A DNA stretch of 64,000 nt from Nitrososphaerales archaeon (GTDB lineage Archaea > Thermoproteota > Nitrososphaeria > Nitrososphaerales > UBA213): contig CBDAOC010000018.1 of the NCBI GenBank assembly GCA_965197925.1, forward strand, positions 32,001 through 96,000, written 5' to 3'. Of this stretch, positions 8,389 to 18,438 are shown piece after piece. A model generated the notes under the pieces. It did no database searches. It was given only the letters and a program-made list of their open reading frames with translations, and was not told where the DNA came from. Position 1 is the stretch's first letter. Each line of letters starts with the position of its first letter. Made by a program: the position numbers and the translations under genes.

Positions 8389-10880
8389 AGTTCAAAAGAC
8401 TAATGGTAAAAGGTTTTATGCGATTCAAGGAACAACAAGAAGTAATTTTTCCAGAAAACCAAATAACTCTGATATTTGGCGAAAATGGGGCTGGTAAAAC
8501 ATCTCTTCTTGATGCGATCTGCATTGCTCTTTATGGTAAAACATTTAGGACCTCATCAGACCCTGAAGTTGGGTTTCTTACTATACCTGATTTGGTAAAT
8601 CGTGATTCTACAAAAGCATCTATACATATAGAATTTGAGAATTATGGTCATAATTTTGTTGTTAAACGTGAAATAACAAGGAATGAATCTGAAGGAGAAT
8701 TGCTTGAAGACGGAGAAGTAAAAGCCCAAGGCGAGGACGTTTTTAGCTATGTAACTAAAAATGCTCTAGGTTTAGACTGGAAAGGGTTCACGAAATCCAC
8801 AGTGATACTTCAAGGAGAGATGAATACTCTAACGAGTGCACTCCCGGCCACTAGGAAGGAGGCCTTTGTTAATTTATTTGGGCTCGACAAGTATGCTGAT
8901 TATGAACTCATTGCGAGACTCGAATTGGAAAGACAGAATGTATCTATCAAAGAGCTGGAAACAGCGAATGAAATTCTTGTTAATGAAGTTGCATTGTTGC
9001 CTAAGGTCACAAACTCCATTAAACATTTAGGTAAAGAGATAACCAAACTAGAACAGCTGAAAACAAATTCTGGCAAGCAAGTGAAACGGCTTACAAAGTT
9101 AGAAGGGCATTTGGATAAAGGCTATAAGAGGTATATAGCATTAAACGGGAAGGTCGATAACGTTGATAAACTGATATTTGATCTCGAAAAGAGGATTAAA
9201 ACAAAAACAAACGTTCTAGTACAACTAACTCCTACTCAAAGTAAATTTCCTTCTATTAAGAAAGCATATGGTGAACTTGTTGCAATAACACACTCCTTGA
9301 AAACTATGAGATCATTGAAGTTACGATATGAAGGGTTACAGAACCAACTGGAATCACTAGAGGGTTTAATCAGGGAAAAAAATGAAAAACTTGAATTAAT
9401 ACAAGACAAGACCAAAATATCAGAGGATATAATCAATAAGCTAAAGAAACAGATTCCTTCTCCAAAAGAAGTTATGAGTGTAAAAGAAGAGATGATAAGG
9501 CTTAACCGAAAAAAAGTGGAACTTGAAGCAAAGCAATATCAGCTTACTACAGTACTAAACGTTGAGATACGTTCTGTGAATGAATTGAACGCAAATATGA
9601 TCAAGATCGAAAGCAAACGCCTATGTCCAATTTGCACGCAGAAGATACTTGATATTAAAGGTTTATTGAAAAATTATACTAAAAAAATCAGATCCATTGA
9701 AGCAGATGCCAAAAGGAAACAATCTAGGTCAAATTCTATATCTTTAGAATTAAAAAAAGTAGATCAAAAACTTGGCTCTCTAAAAGACCTCAAGAACAAA
9801 TTAGAAGGAACATTTAGCAAGGAGGGTGAGCTAATTGAGGAAGTTAAGAGACTTGATACTATGAATAGTGAAAGGAATAAAATGAATAAAGAAATTACTC
9901 CTCTTTTGAAGAAGATTGACCAATTGAAGAAGCGATTGAAATCTTTGGGTTTTGATGTGAGAGAGTATAATTCGATGGAACAGAAATTCAATTCATTAAC
10001 CCAAGTGAAAGCCACTGCTAACTACTTTGATGCACAAGCCAAACTAAAACAGCTACCAAAATTGAAGGCGGAGGTTGGTAGTTTAAATTTGGGCTTGTCA
10101 AAAATGGAGAAAGAGAGAAAGAATCTGATTTCAGAAATTAAAAAACTTAGGGATATAGAGAATAGATTTTCTGCTCTGAAGGAAGAATTTCAATCGAGAA
10201 GAAATATTTACGACCAAAACTTGGTCACTCTTGTGAAGGAACAGACTAACTATAAAGCCCTAACAAATCAGCTTTTTGAACTGAAAAACAAGGAAACAAA
10301 ACTGCAGAATAACGAAGACAATATTGAAAAACTACGAAAAGACGCTTCTGTGTACGAAGATTTGATACTTATATTTAGGAAGATTCCAGAAAATATCTTG
10401 AAACGGGTTGTGCCATTTGTTGAAAAGGAAAGCACTGCTGTGATTAACGAACTATCAGAGCATGCAATAACTGCAATCAATATTGACAGTGAAAAATTTG
10501 ATATCCGTGCTTCCATGGGGGGTGAGATAAGGCCTTTACAATATTTTTCTGGTGGTCAGCAGACCAGAATAAACCTGGCTTTACGGGTAGCCATTTCGAG
10601 AATACTGAGCAGGATGCCACATGGAGAAGCCAAAGCATTAGATATGATTCAGACAATTTTCATCGATGAAGGCGACTTTGGTAACTTGGATGAAGTTGGT
10701 GTTAGGGATACTGTTGGCGTTCTGAACAATCTAATCAAAGGGTTCAGTAGGCTGATACTCATTAGCCATCTTGATAGCGTTAGAAACAGCTTTCAAGGCT
10801 TTTCGGTTGAGATTATCAAAACGACTCCCTCGCAGAGCATGATCAATACATCTTCAGCAGCTTTATACGTTGAAAATTAG
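8385..10880 (+). CDS. Rad50/SbcC-like SMC ATPase
   Basis: Walker A GENGAGKTS, Q-loop ILQGE, long coiled coil with CPIC zinc hook, FSGGQ signature, IFIDEG..GNLD, ISH. Confidence 0.92.
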   Translation: MKFKRLMVKGFMRFKEQQEVIFPENQITLIFGENGAGKTSLLDAICIALYGKTFRTSSDPEVGFLTIPDLVNRDSTKASIHIEFENYGHNFVVKREITRNESEGELLEDGEVKAQGEDVFSYVTKNALGLDWKGFTKSTVILQGEMNTLTSALPATRKEAFVNLFGLDKYADYELIARLELERQNVSIKELETANEILVNEVALLPKVTNSIKHLGKEITKLEQLKTNSGKQVKRLTKLEGHLDKGYKRYIALNGKVDNVDKLIFDLEKRIKTKTNVLVQLTPTQSKFPSIKKAYGELVAITHSLKTMRSLKLRYEGLQNQLESLEGLIREKNEKLELIQDKTKISEDIINKLKKQIPSPKEVMSVKEEMIRLNRKKVELEAKQYQLTTVLNVEIRSVNELNANMIKIESKRLCPICTQKILDIKGLLKNYTKKIRSIEADAKRKQSRSNSISLELKKVDQKLGSLKDLKNKLEGTFSKEGELIEEVKRLDTMNSERNKMNKEITPLLKKIDQLKKRLKSLGFDVREYNSMEQKFNSLTQVKATANYFDAQAKLKQLPKLKAEVGSLNLGLSKMEKERKNLISEIKKLRDIENRFSALKEEFQSRRNIYDQNLVTLVKEQTNYKALTNQLFELKNKETKLQNNEDNIEKLRKDASVYEDLILIFRKIPENILKRVVPFVEKESTAVINELSEHAITAINIDSEKFDIRASMGGEIRPLQYFSGGQQTRINLALRVAISRILSRMPHGEAKALDMIQTIFIDEGDFGNLDEVGVRDTVGVLNNLIKGFSRLILISHLDSVRNSFQGFSVEIIKTTPSQSMINTSSAALYVEN

Positions 10881-11329
10881 TTTTTATAAATAATCTATTG
10901 GGTCGATGAGTTAAGGCCCACATAATCTTCAAATTAGAATTTTTGGATCCATTGAATTCGCTTGTGGAGTCTATGGGTAGTGGGTGTAATGAATAAGAAA
11001 ATTTACAGGTTGGGTGATGGAACACTAGTTAATTCTTAATTTGGGTTGATTAAAAAATTAAATTTAACTAAAAAACAAAAAATAAAACCAATACCTCAGA
11101 AAAGTGAGTCATGGTGGATTGAATTGATTCATAATCAAGCAAGTTCGGTAACAATTCTATTGACTTGGGGTGCTTTGATCATTCTTATGTTGTATCTTGG
11201 TGCTCTGAAATGTAGCAAAACCCTTTTCACAAACTCTGATTGTTTATCTACTAAATTTATCAATATATTTAAGCTATAATCAATAAATTGTGTACCACAA
11301 TCTGCGTTAGGGTGTCTTAACAAATATTT

Positions 11330-12422
11330 GAGGCATGGGCATTATTCCATATAACAAAAATAACTTGATGCCTCTGATTGATTAACTTCCCAACATGTGC
11401 TTCAATGCCCTTAATGGTCTTCCTGTCAAGTAGTTGTAGTATACCATCAGCTGGTATAGCAATATAGAAATCAGAACGATGCTCCTAGCTTTATCGAACC
11501 CTCTAACAGGTAGTTGGGTCTATATCAAATACATCCTTTATCTGCTCTGTCAATGGTTCAACGCTTATGCTCCTCCGAGAATATACATGCTCAAATTCCG
11601 ATTGATAGAACTGCAGCAATGCCAGTCTATTATTATCTGTAGTATGCCTATACCTTTCCAATGGGAATACCAGTAGATGCCCTCTATACCTGCTGAAATC
11701 ACATAACTTGTGATCATCATATCCTTCATCTTCTACAACATACCTTACCATTCCTGTAGGCAATGAAGATGTTATGCTTTCATACATCTTGTTATCAGTA
11801 ATGTTAGCTGTTGTGAAATCAGCTGATAATGGAACTATCAACGAACCTGTGCTACATGCTAGATGCAGTTTGTATCCGAATATCCATCCCTTGGTTCTGC
11901 TGAATCCCCATCGAGCATCTGTATCTATACCTGAGCGTGGCACTTCATTCTTCTTCATGTTTGATCTATGCCATACATGTCCCTTTGCTTTCAACAATGA
12001 ACTGTCAACGGATATTATGGCTGGGTCTACCAACCCATCTTTTATGAAGAGTATACCCATAACATCTGTCCTTGATCTTATGTCAATTGATACGGCCTTG
12101 ACCTTCTGTCGAATGTTCTTCTGTCTGGCAACCTATCAAGACCACATGATTCCATAACTCTCCTGTTGTATGGTATGTCTATCGAATAGTATTCATGCAA
12201 AGCATTGTTGCTTGGTATTCTTACCCATACTCTAACGATGAAGCATCTACCATAACTGTAGGAGAATAGTAGAATGGTCTACCTCTTTTCCTATTAGGTT
12301 TTGACTAGAATCACGTCAATCAAAAATAATATACGAAGGAGTATGGAGTCTGAGCTAAACATATCAACAATAAAAACTAGAACCTGATCTTATCGTTTCG
12401 AACTAAATTACGCCCAAGCCTC
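11330..12422 (-). mobile_element. IS element with DDE transposase (DDE_Tnp_1-like), copy 1; transposase frameshifted
   Basis: TIRs GAGGCATGGGCATTATT ... AATTACGCCCAAGCCTC; transposase pieces VDSSLLKAKG, GYKLHLAC, DEGYDD; homologous to 52415-53511; flanks AAATATTT/AGATAATT are an imperfect direct repeat. Confidence 0.88.
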
Positions 12423-12620
12423 AGATAATTAATAGGATTAATCACACATGAAATGATTAAATTTTGTTTTATTTATTGCAGTCATATACTTGAGATCAAC
12501 AGCTTCAATTCAAATAATAATATTGGTTGAAATAGATCAATTAATGTTACGGAATTAGGATTTCGTTGAAATACTATCAAATAAGATGCTTTTGCAAAAA
12601 TAGTGAACCTGGATTGTGAG

Positions 12621-12694
12621 TGGGCCGGGAGAGATTTGAACTCTCGACCACCGCTGTGTCAGAGCGGTATCCTAACCAACTAGACGACCGGCCC
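12621..12694 (-). tRNA. tRNA-Val (GAC), intronless, CCA not encoded
   Basis: Reverse complement GGGCCGGTCGTCTAGTTGGTTAGGATACCGCTCTGACACAGCGGTGGTCGAGAGTTCAAATCTCTCCCGGCCCA folds as a cloverleaf; anticodon loop CT-GAC-AC. Confidence 0.96.
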
Positions 12695-12790
12695 AAACAG
12701 TATCATAGGGATTCTTGCACGGTTACACCATTCTCTGCACACTTGTTTGTACATTATATATATGCATATGAATACGATTCGGTTAATTTA

Positions 12791-13832
12791 GAGCCTATCC
12801 TAAAATTCTAGCTGATAGTTAATGATTGGTAGAAATGATAACATTTAGAATGCAAGAATATTAGTTCATACTGTCAGGTTTAGTTTTCTTACTATTGATT
12901 TTATTAGTATTGTAGATAGTAGATACTAGAAACAGTTGCATTAACGTGTTTATGACACTACCAATATATCGCTCTATACACTATTAGGCAGTTAGCAAAT
13001 TCTACTAGCGCCTGATAATTTTCCTTCTTCTTCTCGAACCTTACCAATAACTTTCTGAACCTATTATGCCAGGATGCGGTTCTTTCTACAACCCATCTCT
13101 TTGCTTTGTACAAATTCTTTTTCAATACTTCACCCTTATGACGAATGTGATCCACATATCCCCTTCCTAACTCCATACTCTATCTCAGGGAAATCATATC
13201 CTATTCATGCATATGTTCTGTTTAACTTTGGGCCTATCAACAACAATGCTATCTATTGTAGGAAAGGCTGATTTCATATCGTGTTTATTTGCTTCAGTAA
13301 TTACAGATGAGAGAGGAATACCTCTTCTATCAACCAGCATGTGACGTTTGGTACCTAGCTTGCCTCTATCCGTTGGGTTTGCTCCGGTCGTTTTCCCCCT
13401 AATGGGGCCTTCGGTACGCTATCCATGGATTGCCAGTCCCATCCTATACCCTTCAATTCATCATATATTTCCAGCAGCCTCTTCCATACCTTTTCGAATA
13501 CTCCTATCCCAATCCATTCCTGAAATCTTGCATGGCAAGTTGAACCAGAACCAAATTCTTTAGATACCTTCTTCCACTGGCATCCAGTTCTTAATACGTA
13601 CAGTATTCCATTCAATACTTTTCTAAATGGCACAGCTGGCCTTCCAACTGTTCTTGCTGGTTTCTCTGGTGGCAACACTAGTTTGAACTCTTCCCATAGA
13701 TTGTCTGGTATATGCCATATGGTCGGCATGCTCTTTTTCTTTGATTTTCTCACAAATTTAGCTAGAGAGGACAGATCTAGATCTGTTTCGGTATAAACAA
13801 TTAGGCTATGATGTTAATTTTCGGATAAGCTC
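12791..13832 (-). mobile_element. IS5-family element (IS1031-like TWA target), copy 1; defective transposase
   Basis: TIRs GAGCCTATCCTAAAATT ... AATTTTCGGATAAGCTC, TTA target duplication; ORF pieces 13355-13753 (GRP, LRTGCQW, TCHARFQEW) and 12958-13176 (RWVVERTASW..RFRKL..RFEK). Confidence 0.93.
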
Positions 13833-14326
13833 TTAGTTAGAAAAGGGACTATTTTTCACCTGATTATCTAATTGGATTAATATGAAATATTTAGCTCAAA
13901 TATGCATTGTTAATAACAAGTCAAAATACTTACTGAATACTATATGTACGATCTCCTTTTACATTCCACTCCAAGGGAAAATTCAAACGGAAAAACAAGC
14001 ATCATATCCATGATAAGTTATTTTTCATATATTCTTAAAGGCTAAAGTGCTTAAATGGGAATCAATGGAGATTCTTAATGAAGAAATTCCTGTATGGTTT
14101 TCTGATGCACCACTACAATCTCGAATAAAATTTGTAAATAAAATCCAGTTTATCATTCTTTTGATTTAGCTCCAGGATAATAAGTTAGAATAGCTGTTCA
14201 AGTTCTACTTAATTACGGCATATCTGAGAGTAAATAGTATTGAATTGCAAAGTTATGCCATAAATCTTCACATATTGTGCGGCAGAGAGTATATAAAGAA
14301 AGGTGAACCCTTAGTCCCGAGAAGAC

Positions 14327-15334
14327 TTGAGGATTATATTAATTGGGTTCGGAGTTGTAGGTCAAAATCTTGCCAAGTTATTACTGTCAAGAAATGAGGA
14401 CCTTCATGCGTCATATGGTATGAAGCCAAGATTAGTTGCAGTCGTAGATAGCCAAGGTTATGCTTATTCTTCGTCAGGCTTGGATCTAGAAAAGTTACTT
14501 GATGTAAAAAAAACTAAAGGTACGGTTTCGAAGTATGAAAAAAGTGGAAGGAAAAAAATGGGAGAAATTATAAATTCTGTTGATGCTGAAGTAGTAATAG
14601 AGCTTACCCCTACAAATTTAAAGACTGGAGAGCCAGGAATTTCTAATGTAACCACTGCTATAAAGAGCGGTAAGAACGTGATTACAACTAACAAGGGACC
14701 ATTGGCACTTGCATTGCCATCGTTGATCGAACTTGCTGATTACAACAATGTGACTCTGTGTTTCAGCGGAACAGTGGGAGGAGGTACTCCCGTCCTCGAG
14801 TTTGCCAAAAGGTGCCTCAAGGGTGATAGAATAATGTCATTTAGGGGTATTCTTAACGGAACCACAAATTATATTCTTACAAAAATAGAAGATGGTGCTA
14901 CGTTCAAAAATGCATTAACAGATGCGAAGCTTAAAGGATATGTGGAAGCTGATCCTTCTTTAGATATAGATGGTTATGATGCTGCTGCAAAACTGGTAAT
15001 TCTGGCGAACTGGGTGATGAATAAAAAGGTGACAATGAAAGATGTCAGATTCAGGGGAATAAAAGAAGTTAGTGTTGACGATATGAAGAAGGCAATGAAG
15101 AGGGATTCAATAATTAAATTAATTGCATCAAGTAATAAACATCTAGTGGTAGAACCGACCGAGATATCTAAGACCGATCCGTTATGTGTCAGTGGAACTT
15201 TAAATGCAGTAACATTTTCATCAGAATACTCCGGGCAACAAACAATAATCGGAAGAGGTGCTGGAGGAATGGAAACCGCCAGTGCCGTGTTACGTGACCT
15301 GATAGAGATTAGGAGGGGTATGAGTAGGGTATGA
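14327..15334 (+). CDS. hom: Homoserine dehydrogenase
   Basis: GFGVVG, VITTNKGP, TVGGGTP, GILNGTTNYIL, EADPSLDIDG.DAAAK, GRGAGGMETASA. Confidence 0.95.
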   Translation: MRIILIGFGVVGQNLAKLLLSRNEDLHASYGMKPRLVAVVDSQGYAYSSSGLDLEKLLDVKKTKGTVSKYEKSGRKKMGEIINSVDAEVVIELTPTNLKTGEPGISNVTTAIKSGKNVITTNKGPLALALPSLIELADYNNVTLCFSGTVGGGTPVLEFAKRCLKGDRIMSFRGILNGTTNYILTKIEDGATFKNALTDAKLKGYVEADPSLDIDGYDAAAKLVILANWVMNKKVTMKDVRFRGIKEVSVDDMKKAMKRDSIIKLIASSNKHLVVEPTEISKTDPLCVSGTLNAVTFSSEYSGQQTIIGRGAGGMETASAVLRDLIEIRRGMSRV

Positions 15335-15810
15335 GAAGGTATACACTTTCAAAGAGTGACTCAAACGAAATAATTGAATCCATTAGTAAATATTGGCCAA
15401 AGAATAATGTACCCACAAAGCTCAAAAGTATACAGGTTGTTGAGTTGGAAGAAAACCATTGTTTATTATTAGATGAAAATTTTTTTGCTGTGAAAATTGA
15501 CAAGTACGTTGTACCACTATTGGCGAACGAGGAGGGCTTGAAATCATTTCCAAGCATTAATGTCGATATGGGAGCTGTACGGTTTGTCTGCAATGGAGCT
15601 AGGGTAATGCGTCCTGGGATTATCAGAATGGATGAATTCAACAAGGATGATCTTGTTGTCGTAAAGGATGACAAACATGGGAAGTATCTTGCAGTTGGGC
15701 TTGCGTTGGTTGGGAGTAAAGAAGCTCAATCAATGAATAAGGGTCCAGTGATTGATAACATGCATTACGTAAGTGACAAATTTTGGGAAGCATACAAGGA
15801 ATACGCGTAG
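15331..15810 (+). CDS. PUA-domain RNA-binding protein (MCT-1/Tma20-like)
   Basis: VDMGAVRFVCNGARVMRPGI PUA motif; HYVSDKFW end. Confidence 0.88.
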   Translation: MRRYTLSKSDSNEIIESISKYWPKNNVPTKLKSIQVVELEENHCLLLDENFFAVKIDKYVVPLLANEEGLKSFPSINVDMGAVRFVCNGARVMRPGIIRMDEFNKDDLVVVKDDKHGKYLAVGLALVGSKEAQSMNKGPVIDNMHYVSDKFWEAYKEYA

Positions 15811-16419
15811 CTAAAATTTAACAGATTCTTCTGTACAGCCACCTTCGGTTATGATTAGCATGTCCACACCATCACCGCTAGCAGCATCTCTAGAAATAGC
15901 AGATCTTATTGCCTTTATAGCAAGTTCCTTTGCCTCATTCTCCTTCATGTCAAGTTTGAATGAGATTTCAATAACACCTATAGCCATTTCAGCACCAGTT
16001 CCTGCAGCTGCAAAATCATCTTCTAATAGTGAACCCAAGGGATCTAGTGTGTATATTACTGGTTTACTATCAACACCGCCAATAATTACCTGAGTTAACA
16101 ATGGAAAGTATCTTCTTTCGAACAACATAACAGAAACCAATTTTGCGATAGAATTTGTGGGCATAGGTCTCCTAGTCTCTAAAGACTTTATCTTTGCTAG
16201 AGCCCCGATCTGCCTAATCAAGACTTGCATATCTGCTACCATACCAGCACATGCTGCACCTACTTGTCCAGTAATTAGAAATGTCTTCTTCGTGTTTTTA
16301 CTAACAATATATGTTCCGAGCGCTATTCTCTTCTCCGCTGCGAGAATTACGCCTTTATCAAAGGTTACGCCAACCGCAGTAGCACCTGGCATGAATTGTT
16401 CAAATCCCATAGGCACCAC
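15811..16419 (-). CDS. psmB: Proteasome subunit beta (probably non-catalytic type)
   Basis: AVGV...GVILAAEKR, AGMVAD, LDPLGS, GTGA, RDAASGDG; GAT in place of GTT at the nucleophile site. Confidence 0.93.
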   Translation of the reverse strand: MVPMGFEQFMPGATAVGVTFDKGVILAAEKRIALGTYIVSKNTKKTFLITGQVGAACAGMVADMQVLIRQIGALAKIKSLETRRPMPTNSIAKLVSVMLFERRYFPLLTQVIIGGVDSKPVIYTLDPLGSLLEDDFAAAGTGAEMAIGVIEISFKLDMKENEAKELAIKAIRSAISRDAASGDGVDMLIITEGGCTEESVKF

Positions 16420-16460
16420 TCTCCAGCAGGTAAATTTAGTTCTTTCTATTACCCTTTCTA

Positions 16461-17327
16461 TTATCCCTTCACTTTATCAATCTTTTTCATAACTTCGGGA
16501 ATCTCATCAATAATATCTGTTGGAAGAATATGCAACCCCGATTTATTATATGCCTTGTTACCAGCCATTCCGTTGATCCCGGCACCAGCTATGGAGGCAT
16601 TCAGTGGACTCATATCCTTTGCAAGAAAACCAGCCGTAAGCCCAGACAATACGTCACCTGTACCACCAACTGTCATTCCACTGTTGTGATTTTCATTTAC
16701 TGCTACTCTATTGCCGTCTGATATAACATCAATCCAACCTTTAAGAAGTATAGTAAGGTCAAATTTTGAAGCAAATGTCTTGACAACATCAATTCTTTCC
16801 TTCTTACTCCTCCCAATTTTATTCCCGAAAATCCGGTCAAATTCTCCTGAATGTGGGGTCAGTACTACCGGTTTTTTGCTAACCGCTGGAAGAATGTCAG
16901 GAATTAGTGCACTTGCGTCCAACAGTATCTTTGAATTATTCTTTTCAAGTTCTGATAACAAGTTTACCAAAGCCTCAATTTTTGCAATGCTCAAACCCAT
17001 TCCAATAGCGGCAGCATCCACTTTCTTTGGCAACATAGCCTTCAGTTTGTTGACACTTCCAACAGTAAGTCGATCATCCGGCAGTGGTAGCACAATTAGA
17101 TTTGGAGAATAAGAACGCAAGGCAGAGGAAATAGTTCTAGGAACCGCGACGTATACCAGATCAACACCACTACGCATAGCAGCCAGGGCGGCAAGCAAGG
17201 GGGCACCATGGTAAATCCTGCTCCCCCCAACCACTAGAACTATCCCATTATCACCCTTCTTAGATTGCACTGACCTTGGGGGTATCAACTTCGCAATTTT
17301 GTCTAGACTAACTATTAACGGTTTCAT
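16461..17327 (-). CDS. nnrD: ADP-dependent NAD(P)H-hydrate dehydratase
   Basis: KGDNG.VLVVGGS..YHGAP, LDASAL, LTPHSGEF, LLKG, GGTGDVLSG. Confidence 0.92.
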   Translation of the reverse strand: MKPLIVSLDKIAKLIPPRSVQSKKGDNGIVLVVGGSRIYHGAPLLAALAAMRSGVDLVYVAVPRTISSALRSYSPNLIVLPLPDDRLTVGSVNKLKAMLPKKVDAAAIGMGLSIAKIEALVNLLSELEKNNSKILLDASALIPDILPAVSKKPVVLTPHSGEFDRIFGNKIGRSKKERIDVVKTFASKFDLTILLKGWIDVISDGNRVAVNENHNSGMTVGGTGDVLSGLTAGFLAKDMSPLNASIAGAGINGMAGNKAYNKSGLHILPTDIIDEIPEVMKKIDKVKG

Positions 17328-18100
17328 CTAACCACTGGGTAAACCTTTCTAGCAAATACTAAATAAGCAGTATGTCCTATCATACTGAAGGATGGTCTAG
17401 TCATTCCTTCTCTACCTTCAATATGGCGCATGATTATTTCTGTAGACTCGATATCTGTAAAACCGTTTTTTAGCGATACTGCTAATTTCTCAACTTGATT
17501 CACGGTAGGGCATATAGCGGCAACACACCCACTCCCTTTCAGATGTTGGTGAACGTGTGGAATCACTGTCCACGGGTCTCCCAAATCAATAATAGCAAGA
17601 TCAGCATTTATCAGATCTGTACCATCCCTGATATCTAGCTGATGCATAGTGACAAACTTGTCTACTTTTGCTTTCTCAATGTTCCTTTTTGCAATCTCCA
17701 TAAACTCTGGTCTAATATCAAAAGTATAGATGTGACCGTCAGGTTTTACAATGCTTGCCATAAAAGTTGTCAATGCTCCACTGCCAGTTCCTACCTCTAG
17801 CACAATGAAACCATTACTCAGTCCTGTTCGTGCCGCTATGTAACCCAAATCTTTTGGATACACAATCTGCGTCTTTCTTTCACTCTTCATGATGAAATCA
17901 TGTATAGTAGGCTTCAAAAGGTAAACGTCCTTCCCCTTGGCTGTCTTTATGCATTCGCCATACTCCATACCAATAACAGCGTCAAGATCAATGATACCAA
18001 GATGCGTGTGCATTTTCTTACCTTTACTAACTTTTACTAACCATTTCTTCCTTGCAGTATGAAATAGAAGAATGTATGATCCTTCGTCAATACGTTCCAC
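17324..18100 (-). CDS. trmI: tRNA (adenine-N1)-methyltransferase
   Basis: HTHLG, RKTQIVYPKD, EVGTGSG, DLGDPW, CPTVNQV, TRP...MIGHTAYL. Confidence 0.94.
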   Translation of the reverse strand: MERIDEGSYILLFHTARKKWLVKVSKGKKMHTHLGIIDLDAVIGMEYGECIKTAKGKDVYLLKPTIHDFIMKSERKTQIVYPKDLGYIAARTGLSNGFIVLEVGTGSGALTTFMASIVKPDGHIYTFDIRPEFMEIAKRNIEKAKVDKFVTMHQLDIRDGTDLINADLAIIDLGDPWTVIPHVHQHLKGSGCVAAICPTVNQVEKLAVSLKNGFTDIESTEIIMRHIEGREGMTRPSFSMIGHTAYLVFARKVYPVVR

Positions 18101-18135
18101 CTCGGTAAAGAGCAGGTATTAAGATAATAAGGTAA

Positions 18136-18438
18136 CTATACCAAATCATCTTCATCAATAAGATTTGCGGCCCTTCCCTTTAGTTTAATATCTACTTTAA
18201 AGTCCTCTGGACTAATGACATCTCTCGTAATTCTCTTTACAGATAATCCACATCTGTTTTCTGGCAACAATTTGTTCCTCATACAACTAGAATAAGCACA
18301 AGAGGGTCCTAAGCATGATTGCTCCAACCATTCACACCAAAGGACATCCCCTCTAGTCCGCAATACACTCTTTGTACATTTGAACAATACGCATTGTGGC
18401 CAACAAAAACCATTTTTATCTGGACCTTCTACACTCAT
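18136..18438 (-). CDS. Cys-rich hypothetical protein
   Basis: 100-aa ORF with 8 Cys in a patterned spacing, co-oriented 35 bp upstream of trmI. Confidence 0.7.
   Translation of the reverse strand: MSVEGPDKNGFCWPQCVLFKCTKSVLRTRGDVLWCEWLEQSCLGPSCAYSSCMRNKLLPENRCGLSVKRITRDVISPEDFKVDIKLKGRAANLIDEDDLV

Noticed and set aside
10881..11329. Short ORFs between the Rad50-like gene and the IS
   Set aside because: Possibly decayed coding DNA, but I could not assign any family.
12620..12811. 63-aa ORF MGRERFELSTTAVSER...
   Set aside because: It is the antisense reading of the tRNA-Val gene.
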